Origin: a virus
Strand: one strand, 5' to 3'
DNA: 64,000 nt
Virus record (IMG/VR): IMGVR_UViG_2563366762_000007
Location: 635-64,634 of that record
Of this stretch, positions 29,971-40,794 are shown one piece after another; within the stretch, counting starts at the first letter, position 1, and each line of letters begins with the position of its first letter. The position numbers and the translations under genes were made by a program. The notes under the pieces were generated by a model. The model did no database searches and was not told where the DNA came from. It worked only from the letters and a program-made list of their open reading frames with translations.

Positions 29971-30561
29971 CTATGGTTCAGGTGTATATACAGGTTCATA
30001 GACTTCAGTGAACCAGCCTGTTATGGTGGTCGATGAAACACCAGGATCACCTTCTGTAACTTCCGCTTTCCATGGGTGCTTGCCCAATCCATCCAGCTTA
30101 TTCCTACGCATAACGGTTCCTTCGATGGTGGGTGTAGAAAAGGTAATGGAATCAGCCTTTGTCTGTAAGTTGGTAGCTGGTAGTCCAAACTTAACGCGAT
30201 ACAGCCAAAAATAGCGGTATGTTCCATTAGCCCTTTGTGCACGAAACCCTACTGCAACTGGTGTACCCACATTTTCACTGGCTGAGATTAATACTCCGTT
30301 GTCATCTGTAGAAGCACCAGTTAAATCCGCTGCAACTGTCGGACCAATGTCGTCAACACCGAGAGTGAGAGTACCACTGTTAAAGTCTTTCACAACCTCA
30401 GCCGCACCATCGTCAGCATACAGAATTGCTTCCACCAGTTCTACCGAAAGTTCAGCAGTGATGGCTTTTGCCAGCACAGAAGGTTGGGCATAAGTTTCCT
30501 CACCGTTAGCGTCCTCGGTTATTTTTGAATAGTACAGTCTATCAAGACCAATCGTTGCCAT
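29971..30561 (-). CDS. Major tail protein (phi13 family)
   Basis: MATIGLD...LYADDG...VAVGFRA...YFWLY. Confidence 0.9.
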   Translation of the reverse strand: MATIGLDRLYYSKITEDANGEETYAQPSVLAKAITAELSVELVEAILYADDGAAEVVKDFNSGTLTLGVDDIGPTVAADLTGASTDDNGVLISASENVGTPVAVGFRAQRANGTYRYFWLYRVKFGLPATNLQTKADSITFSTPTIEGTVMRRNKLDGLGKHPWKAEVTEGDPGVSSTTITGWFTEVYEPVYTPEP

Positions 30562-30564
30562 GTG

Positions 30565-30906
30565 TTAATCCTCCAATCTATAGTTTTTCGCCACATCGAT
30601 GGCGTAATGATGATATCCAGTATCATCCTCGTGACCGATATATCTTCGTTCGGTCACAGTAAAATCTGCATTTATTAAAGCCGTTGTGAGCTGTCTTTTC
30701 CGCTCTAGGTAGTTATTTTTTGAGAACAGTGATATCCTCGCTTCCTGCACATCAAAGCCTGGACGGTTATCCGCATGAACTTCAAAAATATCCGAAAGAG
30801 GGAGAATCACGACATACTCATCTGGTGCCAAACCTGAAAAAACCCCGGTTTCCACGGGGAGCGGTATAGCGGTCACAAGTGTATTCAATTCCTCTAAGAT
30901 ATTCAT
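30565..30906 (-). CDS. Tail terminator-like protein
   Basis: Position, ADN motif, EDDTGYHH. Confidence 0.65.
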   Translation of the reverse strand: MNILEELNTLVTAIPLPVETGVFSGLAPDEYVVILPLSDIFEVHADNRPGFDVQEARISLFSKNNYLERKRQLTTALINADFTVTERRYIGHEDDTGYHHYAIDVAKNYRLED

Positions 30907-31334
30907 ATCTTCTCGATTTCCTCCTCCAGCTTGGCGACCATTGCATTGATGCAAGGTTTCCTAGATGCATTCCTCGCAGGCTTTAGGAAGGGTTTTGCAG
31001 GCTGACCATGTTTGCCATATTCGATAATGCTGGCAAGTTTAGCATTGCTCTCACCATCAGAGCGCGGCTCAGCAAAGCCGACTTTTACATTGAAGTTTCC
31101 GTTTCTATCCTGTTTTGCACCAGAAAGGCCCAGTGAAGATAGCAACTCACCAGTGCTTTTGGATGGATATTTCGTGTCCTTGCCAACCACCTTGCTCAAA
31201 TTTCCCTTAACTTTATCCAGCACCACTTCACCGCCAACTTCCAAAACCTTAGGAAGAATCACATCGGTCTGGTCAGCTAATCGAGATACCTTTAAAAGGA
31301 ATTCTTCTGGCATCTTTATATTCGCTTTTGCCAT
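30903..31334 (-). CDS. HK97 gp10-like neck protein
   Basis: TGELLSSL...IEYG...QPAKPFLKPA. Confidence 0.85.
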   Translation of the reverse strand: MAKANIKMPEEFLLKVSRLADQTDVILPKVLEVGGEVVLDKVKGNLSKVVGKDTKYPSKSTGELLSSLGLSGAKQDRNGNFNVKVGFAEPRSDGESNAKLASIIEYGKHGQPAKPFLKPARNASRKPCINAMVAKLEEEIEKI

Positions 31335-31339
31335 ATCCA

Positions 31340-31675
31340 TCACCTCACAGTTGGTTCTAGCTTTTCGGCTAAAACCTCGACATACATCCCTCGGTTTCTT
31401 ACATCTTCAACACTTAAAATTTGATATCTGCCATCATCGCAGACGATAACCATTTCATTGGTCACCTTAAGTCCGAAGATTTTTCTAAACCTGAATAGGG
31501 AAGTTGCAGATGAAAATGATGCCATATTCGTCCATCGCTCACTGCCATGCCGATCTTCCTTGTAAGCAAGTACACTTGCGAGTATGTTGTCATCTTTTGT
31601 GGCGAAGCCTTCCTTATCCTTTGTGGGTATCGTGCAAATGATATCGATGAAGGTGTTCATCTTCCCAAAGCTCAC
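31340..31675 (-). CDS. Head closure (head-tail adaptor) protein
   Basis: Position and F.FR...YQILSV pattern. Confidence 0.75.
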   Translation of the reverse strand: MSFGKMNTFIDIICTIPTKDKEGFATKDDNILASVLAYKEDRHGSERWTNMASFSSATSLFRFRKIFGLKVTNEMVIVCDDGRYQILSVEDVRNRGMYVEVLAEKLEPTVR

Positions 31676-31676
31676 A

Positions 31677-31997
31677 CTAAACACCCCACTCTCGATCAAG
31701 TCGTAAAAGCAAGTTCACTGTATTCCATACTTGTTGTCCCGCCTGTACGCTATCAGCAAAGAAACCTGCCGTCGAGCCATCTCTACTTTCATAGAAATGA
31801 CTCGACAACATGATCACTGCTTGTTCTGTTGTTGGAGGCATAGCATGTGTTTCATAATAGTTTTCAGGAACGTGCTGATAGCTCTGTGCATAGGAGACTG
31901 CAGCAGTGATAAATCCAATAAGGAGGGCATCATCCTGATCATGTGCTAAAATTAAGTTCGCTTTAACTTTAGGCAAGAGATTATCTGCCACTGCCAT
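31677..31997 (-). CDS. Head-tail connector (gp6-like)
   Basis: KANL...DDALL..FITAA...HFYESR. Confidence 0.85.
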   Translation of the reverse strand: MAVADNLLPKVKANLILAHDQDDALLIGFITAAVSYAQSYQHVPENYYETHAMPPTTEQAVIMLSSHFYESRDGSTAGFFADSVQAGQQVWNTVNLLLRLDREWGV

Positions 31998-32023
31998 ACC
32001 ACCAACCTCCTTTACATTCCACC

Positions 32024-32236
32024 TTAGTCAGCCTCCATAAGCCCAGCTGCTTTTAGTTTGGCAAGCAGGGCATTGAAGTCCGTAACTAGACCAGCAACAT
32101 CGGTGGCGGTGCTGTCTGCCTGGTTTTCAGCAACAGGAAGCCCCATAACCGAGGCCCCTTCTTTAATTTCTAAAACACCTCCGATGACAGTTTTTTCTCC
32201 GCCTTGTTCGGTATAATTCTTCGTGTTATAACTCAT
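32024..32236 (-). CDS. Head fibre/decoration protein
   Basis: QADSTATDVAGLVTDFNALLAKLKAAG. Confidence 0.7.
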   Translation of the reverse strand: MSYNTKNYTEQGGEKTVIGGVLEIKEGASVMGLPVAENQADSTATDVAGLVTDFNALLAKLKAAGLMEAD

Positions 32237-32248
32237 AAAGCACCTCCG

Positions 32249-33442
32249 TTAGGCTTTCTGTTGGAGTACCTTAACGGCCTCCTGTAAGATAAGCTTTCCA
32301 TCAACTCGCTGAGTCGCAATAAATCCTACTTGACCTGTAACAGCATAGAGTTCATTTAATCGTTTGAATACGCGTCCTTGACGGTCTGCCACCCAGTAAT
32401 AACTAAAATCACCGAATACCATAGTCTTTGCACCTGCTTCAATAGTAGGTACATAGGATGAGGTGTACAGCGGGCGGTTAAGAATCGTATCAGGTGTCCC
32501 CGCTTGGACAGAAGGTTGCCATAAGTACTGTCCGTTTCCGTCCTTTAATTTACGGATAGCTTTTATAGTGGCGTCATTCATTACGAATACTGCCTTATTT
32601 CGATACGGTGCTTTTAAGCTGTAGAATAAATCTAATACCTCATCCAAAGTGATGGCAGTGGCACTTGCCGCAGTAACCCCAACTTGACCACCACCAGTAG
32701 CATTCAGAATTCCTGTTGGCTTTCCTGTACCGTCACCTATAAAGAAGGCTTCCTCCTCCTTGTTACCAATGCGACGGGCGAATTCTCTTGTGATGTAGCT
32801 TTCGAGATTAAACACGGAATCATTTAGCAGTTCCTCAGAGACTTTGATCATCGTTGCTAGTTTATAAGCACCAATCGATACTTGACCGAAGCTGTCATCA
32901 CTCTCTGGTATAGCTCCCTCTTCATCGATCCAACTTGCAGTGCCTTTGCTTGCAACAACAGGAATCTTGCGGTCACCAGAAGATGTAGTGATTACATTGG
33001 CCAACCTACGGAAGATATTTTCTTCCTCTAGGGCTTCTACAAGCGTACGCTCAAACTCATCTGGCACGAGGAATCCGCCTTCGGAATCAGTGCCAATCTT
33101 TAAAGCGTTCCTTACTTCATAGCTGACATTATCACGCATCGCATTCCAGAAAGCTTTTTTGTATTCAGCACTTGCGCGACCAGTCTTTTCCTCTCCAGTT
33201 CTAGTAGGTTCGTTCGTAATTGGGTTACTGGTTGCTTTCGACAGTTCCAAGTCGATAGATGCTTGACGTTCTAAACGCTCAATTTCCTTACCAAGAGCCA
33301 CCACATCGGCTTCCATTTTTTCATAGGTTGTCGTGTCCTCAGCGGATAACAGTCCATCACCGCCACGTTTTGAATCAAGGAATGCCTTTGCTGCGTCCCA
33401 TGCTTTAGCGCGTTTCTCGCGCAATTCAAGAATTTTACTCAT
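32249..33442 (-). CDS. Major capsid protein, HK97 family
   Basis: Delta domain, GGFLVP, GDGTGKPTG, KLKDGNGQYLW, FGDF. Confidence 0.95.
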   Translation of the reverse strand: MSKILELREKRAKAWDAAKAFLDSKRGGDGLLSAEDTTTYEKMEADVVALGKEIERLERQASIDLELSKATSNPITNEPTRTGEEKTGRASAEYKKAFWNAMRDNVSYEVRNALKIGTDSEGGFLVPDEFERTLVEALEEENIFRRLANVITTSSGDRKIPVVASKGTASWIDEEGAIPESDDSFGQVSIGAYKLATMIKVSEELLNDSVFNLESYITREFARRIGNKEEEAFFIGDGTGKPTGILNATGGGQVGVTAASATAITLDEVLDLFYSLKAPYRNKAVFVMNDATIKAIRKLKDGNGQYLWQPSVQAGTPDTILNRPLYTSSYVPTIEAGAKTMVFGDFSYYWVADRQGRVFKRLNELYAVTGQVGFIATQRVDGKLILQEAVKVLQQKA

Positions 33443-33461
33443 TGTTATTTCCTCCTCTAAA

Positions 33462-34151
33462 TTAGTGCGAAATTAAAGAAAGCCGCTTATCTAGCGACTC
33501 AATGGGTGTACCTGTTTTCTGTTTTGGTTGTTTTGGCAGTTTGCTGATAAGCGAGTTAGTAACTGCCATCCTGCTAAAGATAAGACTATCCGTCAAATCC
33601 GGTGGTTCACTTTCCATGAACATGATTTTGTCTGCAAAACCAAGTTCAATCGCTTTATTGGAATTCATCCATGACTCTGCATCCATTAGATGGGAGAGTT
33701 TTGTTCGAGAAAGACCCGTTTTTAACTCATAGGCATTAATAATGCTTTCCTTGACCTCATCCAATAGAGCCTTTGCCCGCAACATTTCCTCACTGTCACC
33801 GATAGCAATCGTTGATGGATTATGAATCATAAGCATGGAAACTGGGGACATATACACATCTCCACCCGCCATTGCAATAACGGATGCCGCACTTGCCGCA
33901 AGCCCATCAATCTTTACAGTGACTTTTCCGGTATACTCCATCAGCATGTTATAAATCTGAGCTGCTGCAAACACATCACCACCAGGGGAATTAATCCACA
34001 CCGTAATATCGCCAGTGCCTGCCAGCAGTTCATCCTTAAACATCTTAGGTGTGACCTCATCGCCCCACCACGTTTCTTCGGATATCACTCCATTTAAATA
34101 GAGGGTACGTACTTCATCTGAATCTCGCACCCAGTTCCAGAACTTCCTCAT
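33462..34151 (-). CDS. Prohead protease, ClpP-like
   Basis: INSPGG, AASAAS, MIHNP. Confidence 0.92.
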   Translation of the reverse strand: MRKFWNWVRDSDEVRTLYLNGVISEETWWGDEVTPKMFKDELLAGTGDITVWINSPGGDVFAAAQIYNMLMEYTGKVTVKIDGLAASAASVIAMAGGDVYMSPVSMLMIHNPSTIAIGDSEEMLRAKALLDEVKESIINAYELKTGLSRTKLSHLMDAESWMNSNKAIELGFADKIMFMESEPPDLTDSLIFSRMAVTNSLISKLPKQPKQKTGTPIESLDKRLSLISH

Positions 34152-35396
34152 TTACTGACCTCCTTCGGTTTTGGCAAACGCACCTGCGTCAGCCAGTTTC
34201 GTCATATTTCCGTTAACCAGATATAAATCGCCGCCTTCCTCAGCCGGTATCCGGTTCATATCCTCCAGTTCACGGATATCGTTGGCTGACATCCAGCCAT
34301 TTTGTCGACCTGTAGCGTAGCCATTCATACGACTTTGGTAATCACCACGAAGCAGACCGTCCAAATTGAACTTGATAAACAGTGAAGTTTTCTCAGAAGG
34401 CAAAATAAGTGATTGCTGGAGACTTTGTTCCCATCGCACCACCCACGGATCGAGGGTGTACTTTACAAACTCCAACGATTGCTGCTCAATATTGGAAAAA
34501 CTAGACTTCTCAAGATCACCCACCATATGAGGCGGTACTCGGAAAATCCTCGCTATCTCATTAATTTGGAATTTCCGTGTTTCAAGAAATTGCGCCTGTT
34601 CCGGCGGGATACCAATAGCTTGAAACTTCATGCCTTCTTCCAACACAGCAATTTTGTGAGCATTTCCTGTGCCTTGGTAAGCGCTATTCCAACTATCCTT
34701 GACCCTCTGTATATCTTTGATTACTCCTGGGTGTTCCAGCACACCTCCCGGATTAGCACCATTGGCAAAGAATGCCGCACCGTATTCTTCAGTAGCAAGT
34801 GACATTCCGATTGCATTTTTCGCCATAGCGATTGGGCTATAGCCAATGAGTCCATCAAAACCTAAGCCAGGTATGTGTAGAACTTCATCTTTACGGAGTG
34901 TGACATAGCCACCTTTTGGGTTTAGGCCACTTTCATCAGTATCACGATAGTAGGTATAGACCAGCTCTCCGTTTGTTACTCGACTAACTTCCATCTTGTT
35001 AGGAAGTAGGGGATAAAGTGCAACTGCCTGCCCACGACCGTTTCTGACCACCTGTGCATAGGCATTTCCCCAAAGTAAAAGATGACTCATCAGTGTTTCT
35101 CGAAACACGAATGAAGTCATCTCTGGATTTGGTTCATCATGAAGAAGGTAATACAACGGGTGGAAAGGAATCCTTTCTTTACCTCCATCAGAACGATATC
35201 TATATACATGAAGTGGCAGTCCGGCAATCGCTTCAGCTAATATCCTTACGCAGGCATACACTGCTGTTGCCTGCATTGCAGTACGTTCATTAACCATTTT
35301 GCCAGATGACGTACCGCCAAACAGGAAGGAGAACGCACTACCCACACGATTTTGCGGTTTGTCTCTTGAACGAAACAGTCCTTTTATTAGATTCAT
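34152..35396 (-). CDS. Portal protein, HK97 family
   Basis: VYACVRIL, PNPEMT, GYSP, IARIFRVPP. Confidence 0.95.
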   Translation of the reverse strand: MNLIKGLFRSRDKPQNRVGSAFSFLFGGTSSGKMVNERTAMQATAVYACVRILAEAIAGLPLHVYRYRSDGGKERIPFHPLYYLLHDEPNPEMTSFVFRETLMSHLLLWGNAYAQVVRNGRGQAVALYPLLPNKMEVSRVTNGELVYTYYRDTDESGLNPKGGYVTLRKDEVLHIPGLGFDGLIGYSPIAMAKNAIGMSLATEEYGAAFFANGANPGGVLEHPGVIKDIQRVKDSWNSAYQGTGNAHKIAVLEEGMKFQAIGIPPEQAQFLETRKFQINEIARIFRVPPHMVGDLEKSSFSNIEQQSLEFVKYTLDPWVVRWEQSLQQSLILPSEKTSLFIKFNLDGLLRGDYQSRMNGYATGRQNGWMSANDIRELEDMNRIPAEEGGDLYLVNGNMTKLADAGAFAKTEGGQ

Positions 35397-35439
35397 AGGC
35401 ATCACCTCCGAATATAAACATTGTGCTAACCATTAAGGT

Positions 35440-37044
35440 TTAAAAGACAATCAAACCTCGCTCGTCATACACCGAATCTCCACTATTACCTGAGCCACAA
35501 CGAATAGCACGATCAAGTGCCATGATAGTTGCCACCGCGCCATCTATTTTTTCTGTACTTTTTTCTTTATCCGGCTTCACGTTGCCCGCCGGATCAGTTT
35601 TTATAAAGATGTTGTCCATCATCCAACGAAGCACTGGATGCCCACCGTGTGCTATTCTTTCTTCTAATGTCAATTTCATCAGTTCTTTGGTTGGTGGTGA
35701 CATATCTTTAAAGCCTTGACCGAAAGGAACGACAGTAAAGCCTAATCCTTCAAGGTTCTGAACCATTTGAACAGCTCCCCAACGGTCAAAAGCAATTTCT
35801 CGAATGTTATACTTTTCTCCAAGTTCCTCAATAAACCGCTCAATGTAGCCGTAATGTACTACATTGCCTTCTGTAGTTAGAATATACCCTTGCTTCTCCC
35901 AAAGATCGTATTGCACATGGTCTCTTCGGACTCGGAGGTCAATGTTGTCCTCTGGCATCCAAAAATACGGAAGAACAACGTACTTATCTGTTTCATCCTC
36001 CGGTGGAAACACCAACACAAAGGCTGTAATGTCTGTTGTAGAAGATAGGTCAAGACCTCCATAACATACCCGCCCTTCAAGACTTTCTGGAATAACTGGA
36101 AATGCACAGGCATCCCATTTTGCCATTGGCATCCAACGGACAGACTGTTTAACCCATTGATTCAAGCGCAATTGCCGGAAGCTATTTTCCTCAGCTGGGT
36201 TCTGCTTTGCACTTTCACAAGCAGCCCTTACCTTGTCAATCCCCACCGTAATTCCCAAGCTTGGATTTGCTTTCTTCCACACTTTTGGATCTGTCCAATC
36301 ATCCTCTTCTTTGGCACCATAGATTACGGGATAAAAGGTAGGGTCGTATTTTCTGCCCTCAATAATATCAACCGCTTTTTGGTGTGTTTCGTAGCAGATA
36401 CTCTGAGTATCCGTCCCCGCAGTGGTGATAAGAAAATACAGCGGTTGGGTCCTTGCATCCCCAGATCCTTTCGTCATAACATCAAATAGTTTCCGATTTG
36501 GCTGAGTATGAAGTTCATCAAAAACAACACCATGTATATTGAAGCCGTGTTTGGAGTAGGCTTCAGCCGACAATACCTGATAGAAGCTGTTGGTCGGCAG
36601 GTACACCAATCGCTTAGTTGAAGCAAGCAACTTTACTCGTTTATTCAGCGCTGGACACATCCGCACCATATCGGCTGCTACTTCAAATACAATTGATGCC
36701 TGCTGGCGATCTGCGGCACAACCGTATACCTCTGCTCGTTCTTCACCATCTCCACAAGTGAGGAGAAGTGCGATTGCTGCTGCAAGCTCGCTTTTTCCCA
36801 TCTTTTTAGGTATTTCTATATAAGCCGTGTTAAACTGCCGGTATCCATTAGGTTTTAAGATACCGAATAAATCACGGACAATTTGCTCCTGCCAATCGAT
36901 AAGTTCAAAAGGCTTACCTGCCCATAAACCTTTCGTATGGGAGAGTGCTTCGATAAAAGCTACAGCGTAATCAGCAGCATCCTCATCGTAATATGAACCA
37001 TCAGCTATAAAGGCGGTCGGCTTATATTTCTTCAGTTTCCGCAT
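35440..37044 (-). CDS. terL: Terminase large subunit
   Basis: PKKMGKS, FDELH, TTAG, GLDLS, KIDG. Confidence 0.95.
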   Translation of the reverse strand: MRKLKKYKPTAFIADGSYYDEDAADYAVAFIEALSHTKGLWAGKPFELIDWQEQIVRDLFGILKPNGYRQFNTAYIEIPKKMGKSELAAAIALLLTCGDGEERAEVYGCAADRQQASIVFEVAADMVRMCPALNKRVKLLASTKRLVYLPTNSFYQVLSAEAYSKHGFNIHGVVFDELHTQPNRKLFDVMTKGSGDARTQPLYFLITTAGTDTQSICYETHQKAVDIIEGRKYDPTFYPVIYGAKEEDDWTDPKVWKKANPSLGITVGIDKVRAACESAKQNPAEENSFRQLRLNQWVKQSVRWMPMAKWDACAFPVIPESLEGRVCYGGLDLSSTTDITAFVLVFPPEDETDKYVVLPYFWMPEDNIDLRVRRDHVQYDLWEKQGYILTTEGNVVHYGYIERFIEELGEKYNIREIAFDRWGAVQMVQNLEGLGFTVVPFGQGFKDMSPPTKELMKLTLEERIAHGGHPVLRWMMDNIFIKTDPAGNVKPDKEKSTEKIDGAVATIMALDRAIRCGSGNSGDSVYDERGLIVF

Positions 37045-37132
37045 AAACACCGCCCCTTTATGAAAAAGGACAAAAGAAAAGAGCCTCAATCCTATAGATG
37101 AAGCCCTACTTCTTATCCTAGTTTAATTTTAT

Positions 37133-37321
37133 TTACTTATTTTCATCCACTTCCCCCGTCAGTATGAAATGAGCATATTCCGTTTTATGGTCTATTAAAT
37201 AGACTACCAATTCATAAAACCCTCGTTCATTTGCTTCATACTGGACTCGGTTTGCATCAAACATATTTGTGACTCCACTTTCTCGGATGGAAAGGATTTG
37301 TTCTTTGATTATCTCATTCAT
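37133..37321 (-). CDS. DUF5049-like phage protein
   Basis: IRESGVTNMFD. Confidence 0.7.
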   Translation of the reverse strand: MNEIIKEQILSIRESGVTNMFDANRVQYEANERGFYELVVYLIDHKTEYAHFILTGEVDENK

Positions 37322-37344
37322 TTATTACCTCCTCCGATTCATGT

Positions 37345-37572
37345 TTACTCTTCGATTCTCTTGCATAAATCCTCACCAAAGGCTACTCCAAGGGAACCAC
37401 CCGAATCCCAACTGACATGAATCGTTCCTATGTCATCAACACTAGTAACCGTACCTTTAGATCCAGGCTGAAGTTTAGTATAAGGGTCGTTCATTTTAAG
37501 TAGCATCACACGTGTTCCTGGAGTGTAATAGCTTCTAAGTTGCGTTAGCATTTCTGGGTGAATGATATTCAT
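37345..37572 (-). CDS. DUF4314-like phage protein
   Basis: GTRV.L..MNDPY...GTV..VDDIGTIHVSWD.G. Confidence 0.75.
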   Translation of the reverse strand: MNIIHPEMLTQLRSYYTPGTRVMLLKMNDPYTKLQPGSKGTVTSVDDIGTIHVSWDSGGSLGVAFGEDLCKRIEE

Positions 37573-38267
37573 TGTTCACTCACCTCCTGCTTGGCCGTTC
37601 CGCTTTTGAAAGCGGAGCTACCTGAAAGCTTGGAAAGGAGAATCTTTCGTTCCATCTTATATTCTGGTCCGATAAAACCAAGCCTTAGCAGGAAGCAACG
37701 GAAAGCATATTTTTCATTCTCTACTGATTTCTCGGTGGAGTTGACACGGGTCTGTTTTTTCGCCATTTCGCAAAGTGCCGTGACAAAATGGGTGTATGCC
37801 TTAACCTCCTCTGAGGAGCACTCACCTTGAAACCAAGGGAATGCTACAAATTCCTCATATACAATGATGGGAATGGAATCCGTATCAATTGCTTTCTTTA
37901 TTAGAGTTGCTTTGCTCTCTACCAGTCCTTTTAGGTTCTCGAGTGCCGTATCGGTAAAATCCGCCCGTGGCATTTGAATTATCAGATTGATAGATTCTTC
38001 CGCTTTATTGGTTTCTGCCTTAGGAGGTGTTGTGTCAAATTCTTCCGAAATTGCTTTAAAGTCGTGGAGACCCAATAGATCATCAACCAGTTCCTTATTA
38101 TCTGGTCCACTTAGAACTCCGTTTTTGTTAACATTGTAGTCTGCCACCTCATATGCAAATGTAGGTGCACCGAGGTATTTAACAGGAACATTCAGTTCTT
38201 GGCTGATCGCGTTAACCAGTGCTTTTCTTTTTGGTCCTGTAACATTATAGTTAATCTTCATTTTCAT
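37569..38267 (-). CDS. Conserved phage protein (often labelled virulence-related)
   Basis: YLGAPTFAY...NEKYAFRCFLLRLGFIG...LSGSSAF. Confidence 0.65.
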   Translation of the reverse strand: MKMKINYNVTGPKRKALVNAISQELNVPVKYLGAPTFAYEVADYNVNKNGVLSGPDNKELVDDLLGLHDFKAISEEFDTTPPKAETNKAEESINLIIQMPRADFTDTALENLKGLVESKATLIKKAIDTDSIPIIVYEEFVAFPWFQGECSSEEVKAYTHFVTALCEMAKKQTRVNSTEKSVENEKYAFRCFLLRLGFIGPEYKMERKILLSKLSGSSAFKSGTAKQEVSEQ

Positions 38268-38361
38268 ACCGCCTTTCTATTTTCGGTACGTACATATATC
38301 ACTCTAAAAGCTGTTATTATCAAGTCATTTAGAGCATCTTTCTGTAGAAAATACTGTTCTA

Positions 38362-39618
38362 TTAATCGGCGGTATTTTGTGTAGATAAATCAACATTTGG
38401 CAGGTCACCATATCTAAATTTCGAACCATCTCTTAAAAGAAACACACCATCCGAGTTTCCGACTTGCTCAATATACCTTTCCACAATGACATCACAGTAC
38501 TTTTCATCCAGTTCAATGGTGTAGCAAATTCTATCGGTCTGCTCACAAGCAATCAGTGTACTTCCTGAACCACCAAAGGGATCAAGCACGATGCAGTTAC
38601 TAAGGCTTGAGTTCATAATGGGGTATGCCACAAGTGCCACTGGTTTCATGGTTGGATGGTCGCCATTTTTCTTTGGTTTCTCAAACTCCCAGATGGTGGT
38701 CTGCTTGCGGTCTGAATACCAGAGATGCTTGCCTTTCTTTTTCCATCCAAAGAGTACTGGTTCATGCTGCCACTGATATGGGGAGCGACCGAGAACAAGG
38801 GACTGCTTTTTCCATATACAAGTACCGGAAAGATAAAATCCTGCATCGGAGAATGCTCTTCTAAAATTGAGTCCTTCCGTATCAGCATGAAATACATAAA
38901 TAGATGCGTCCTTTGCCATCGCTGCTTCGGTGTTTTGAAATGCCGCAAGCAGAAAATCATAGAACGCTTCATTAGCCATATTGTCATTTTTGATTTTTCC
39001 AGCAGTGCCTTCATAGTTGACGTTATATGGAGGGTCCGTAACTACCAGATTGGCAGCTTTCCCATCCATCAAGACATCAAAGGTGTCTTTCTTTGTACTG
39101 TCTCCACAGACTAATCGATGCTGTCCAAGTAGCCAAACATCCCCTAAATGCGAAACAGCGGGCTTTTTCAGCTCGCTGTCTACATCAAAATCATCTTCTT
39201 TTATATTATCCTTAAGGGAATCCTTGAAAAGATCGTCCAACTCTCCCGGGTCAAAACCTGTCAAAGACACATCAAAGTCTGAAGCATTTAGGTCCGTGAT
39301 GAGAAGTGCTAATTTGTCTTTATCCCAATCACCACTAATTTTATTTAGTGCAATGTTCAGCGCCTTCTCCTTTTGCTCATCCATTTCAACTACTACGCAT
39401 TCTATCTCATCTATACCCATACTAAGCAGGACTTTTAAACGCTGATGACCTCCGATAACTCTGCCTGTAGTCTTATTCCATATAACGGGTTCTACATAAC
39501 CAAACTCCTCAAGGGAGCGTTTAAGTTTCTCATATTCCGAATCACTCGGTTTTAAATCTTTCCTTGGGTTATATTCAGCGGGGATGAGTTGTTTAGTTTT
39601 AATCTTCTCTATCAACAT
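38362..39618 (-). CDS. ParB-domain N4/N6 DNA methyltransferase
   Basis: ParB YNPR...GGHQR, plus TDPPY, HPTMKP and DPFGGSGST. Confidence 0.92.
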   Translation of the reverse strand: MLIEKIKTKQLIPAEYNPRKDLKPSDSEYEKLKRSLEEFGYVEPVIWNKTTGRVIGGHQRLKVLLSMGIDEIECVVVEMDEQKEKALNIALNKISGDWDKDKLALLITDLNASDFDVSLTGFDPGELDDLFKDSLKDNIKEDDFDVDSELKKPAVSHLGDVWLLGQHRLVCGDSTKKDTFDVLMDGKAANLVVTDPPYNVNYEGTAGKIKNDNMANEAFYDFLLAAFQNTEAAMAKDASIYVFHADTEGLNFRRAFSDAGFYLSGTCIWKKQSLVLGRSPYQWQHEPVLFGWKKKGKHLWYSDRKQTTIWEFEKPKKNGDHPTMKPVALVAYPIMNSSLSNCIVLDPFGGSGSTLIACEQTDRICYTIELDEKYCDVIVERYIEQVGNSDGVFLLRDGSKFRYGDLPNVDLSTQNTAD

Positions 39619-40774
39619 ACTTTTCCACCGCCTTTCTAAATTCACTGTATTTATTTACATCCTCCCACGGGAACAGACAACTGTTAAAGTGACCATAAGC
39701 CGCGGTGTCAGAGTAAATCACATTTCTAAGACGCAGTTTTTCAATGATGGCCGCAGGTCTTAAGTTGAAAGTTTCCTGGGCAGCAAGAGTTAATATTTCA
39801 TCAGAAATAGTGCCAGTACCAAGGGTATTTACAGTAAAGGCTACTGGGTTTGCCTTACCAATGGCATAGGAAATACTCACTTCACATTTCTTGGCATAGC
39901 CACACCAAACGATATGCTTGGCAATATACCGAGCCATGTAAGCACCGCTTCGGTCAACTTTTGTTGGGTCTTTACCACAAAGAGCACCACCTCCATGAGA
40001 TGCAAGCCCTCCATAGGTATCGACCATGATTTTTCTTCCAGTCAAACCCGTATCGGCAGCGGGTCCACCAAGTACGAACTGACCTGATGGATTGATGAGA
40101 ATTTCTGTTTCATCATCAAAAGGGAAGTCTTCAAAGCACTGCCATAAGACATTGTTAAGGATATCTGCCTTAAGTTCTTCCTGTGTTTTATTCTTATCGT
40201 GCTGTACCGATATCACAATCGTCTTTATTCTTACTGGAGTGTCAGCTTCATATTCTACCGTTACTTGTGCTTTACCATCGGGAAGAATCCCTTTTATCAG
40301 CTTTCCTTTGCGACAATCATCCAGTCTTTTTACTATTCTGTGGGATAGTACAAGAGGGAGGGGGAGCATTTCCCTTGTTTCCTTTGTAGCATAGCCATAC
40401 ATAGTCCCCTGGTCTCCAGCACCTATGGAACCGTACTGTTCGTTTATTCCATTTCGTACTTCCAGTGCGGTATTCACACCAGCCGCAATATCTACACTTT
40501 GACTATGTATATATACATAAATCAAAAATTTTAGAGGGTTGTATCCAATCTCTTTTAGGACATTTCTAACAATGTATCGGATGTCGATTTTCCCGCTGCA
40601 GGAGATCTCGCCCGCCACGATAATTTTTCCTTTAGTCGCTATAATCTCGCAAGCCACCCTTGATGCCCTATCTTTACGTAGGCAAGCTTCCAAAATGCTA
40701 TCTGCTATGATGTCGCATAGTTTATCAGGATGTCCAGCACATACACTTTCTGCTGTTAAATATCTCTTACTCAT
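39599..40774 (-). CDS. metK: S-adenosylmethionine synthetase (phage-borne)
   Basis: ESV.AGHPDK, GAGDQG, DGKAQ, GLTGRKI, GGGALCGKDPTKVDRS. Confidence 0.95.
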   Translation of the reverse strand: MSKRYLTAESVCAGHPDKLCDIIADSILEACLRKDRASRVACEIIATKGKIIVAGEISCSGKIDIRYIVRNVLKEIGYNPLKFLIYVYIHSQSVDIAAGVNTALEVRNGINEQYGSIGAGDQGTMYGYATKETREMLPLPLVLSHRIVKRLDDCRKGKLIKGILPDGKAQVTVEYEADTPVRIKTIVISVQHDKNKTQEELKADILNNVLWQCFEDFPFDDETEILINPSGQFVLGGPAADTGLTGRKIMVDTYGGLASHGGGALCGKDPTKVDRSGAYMARYIAKHIVWCGYAKKCEVSISYAIGKANPVAFTVNTLGTGTISDEILTLAAQETFNLRPAAIIEKLRLRNVIYSDTAAYGHFNSCLFPWEDVNKYSEFRKAVEKYVDRED

Positions 40775-40794
40775 TACACCGTATCTCCTCATCT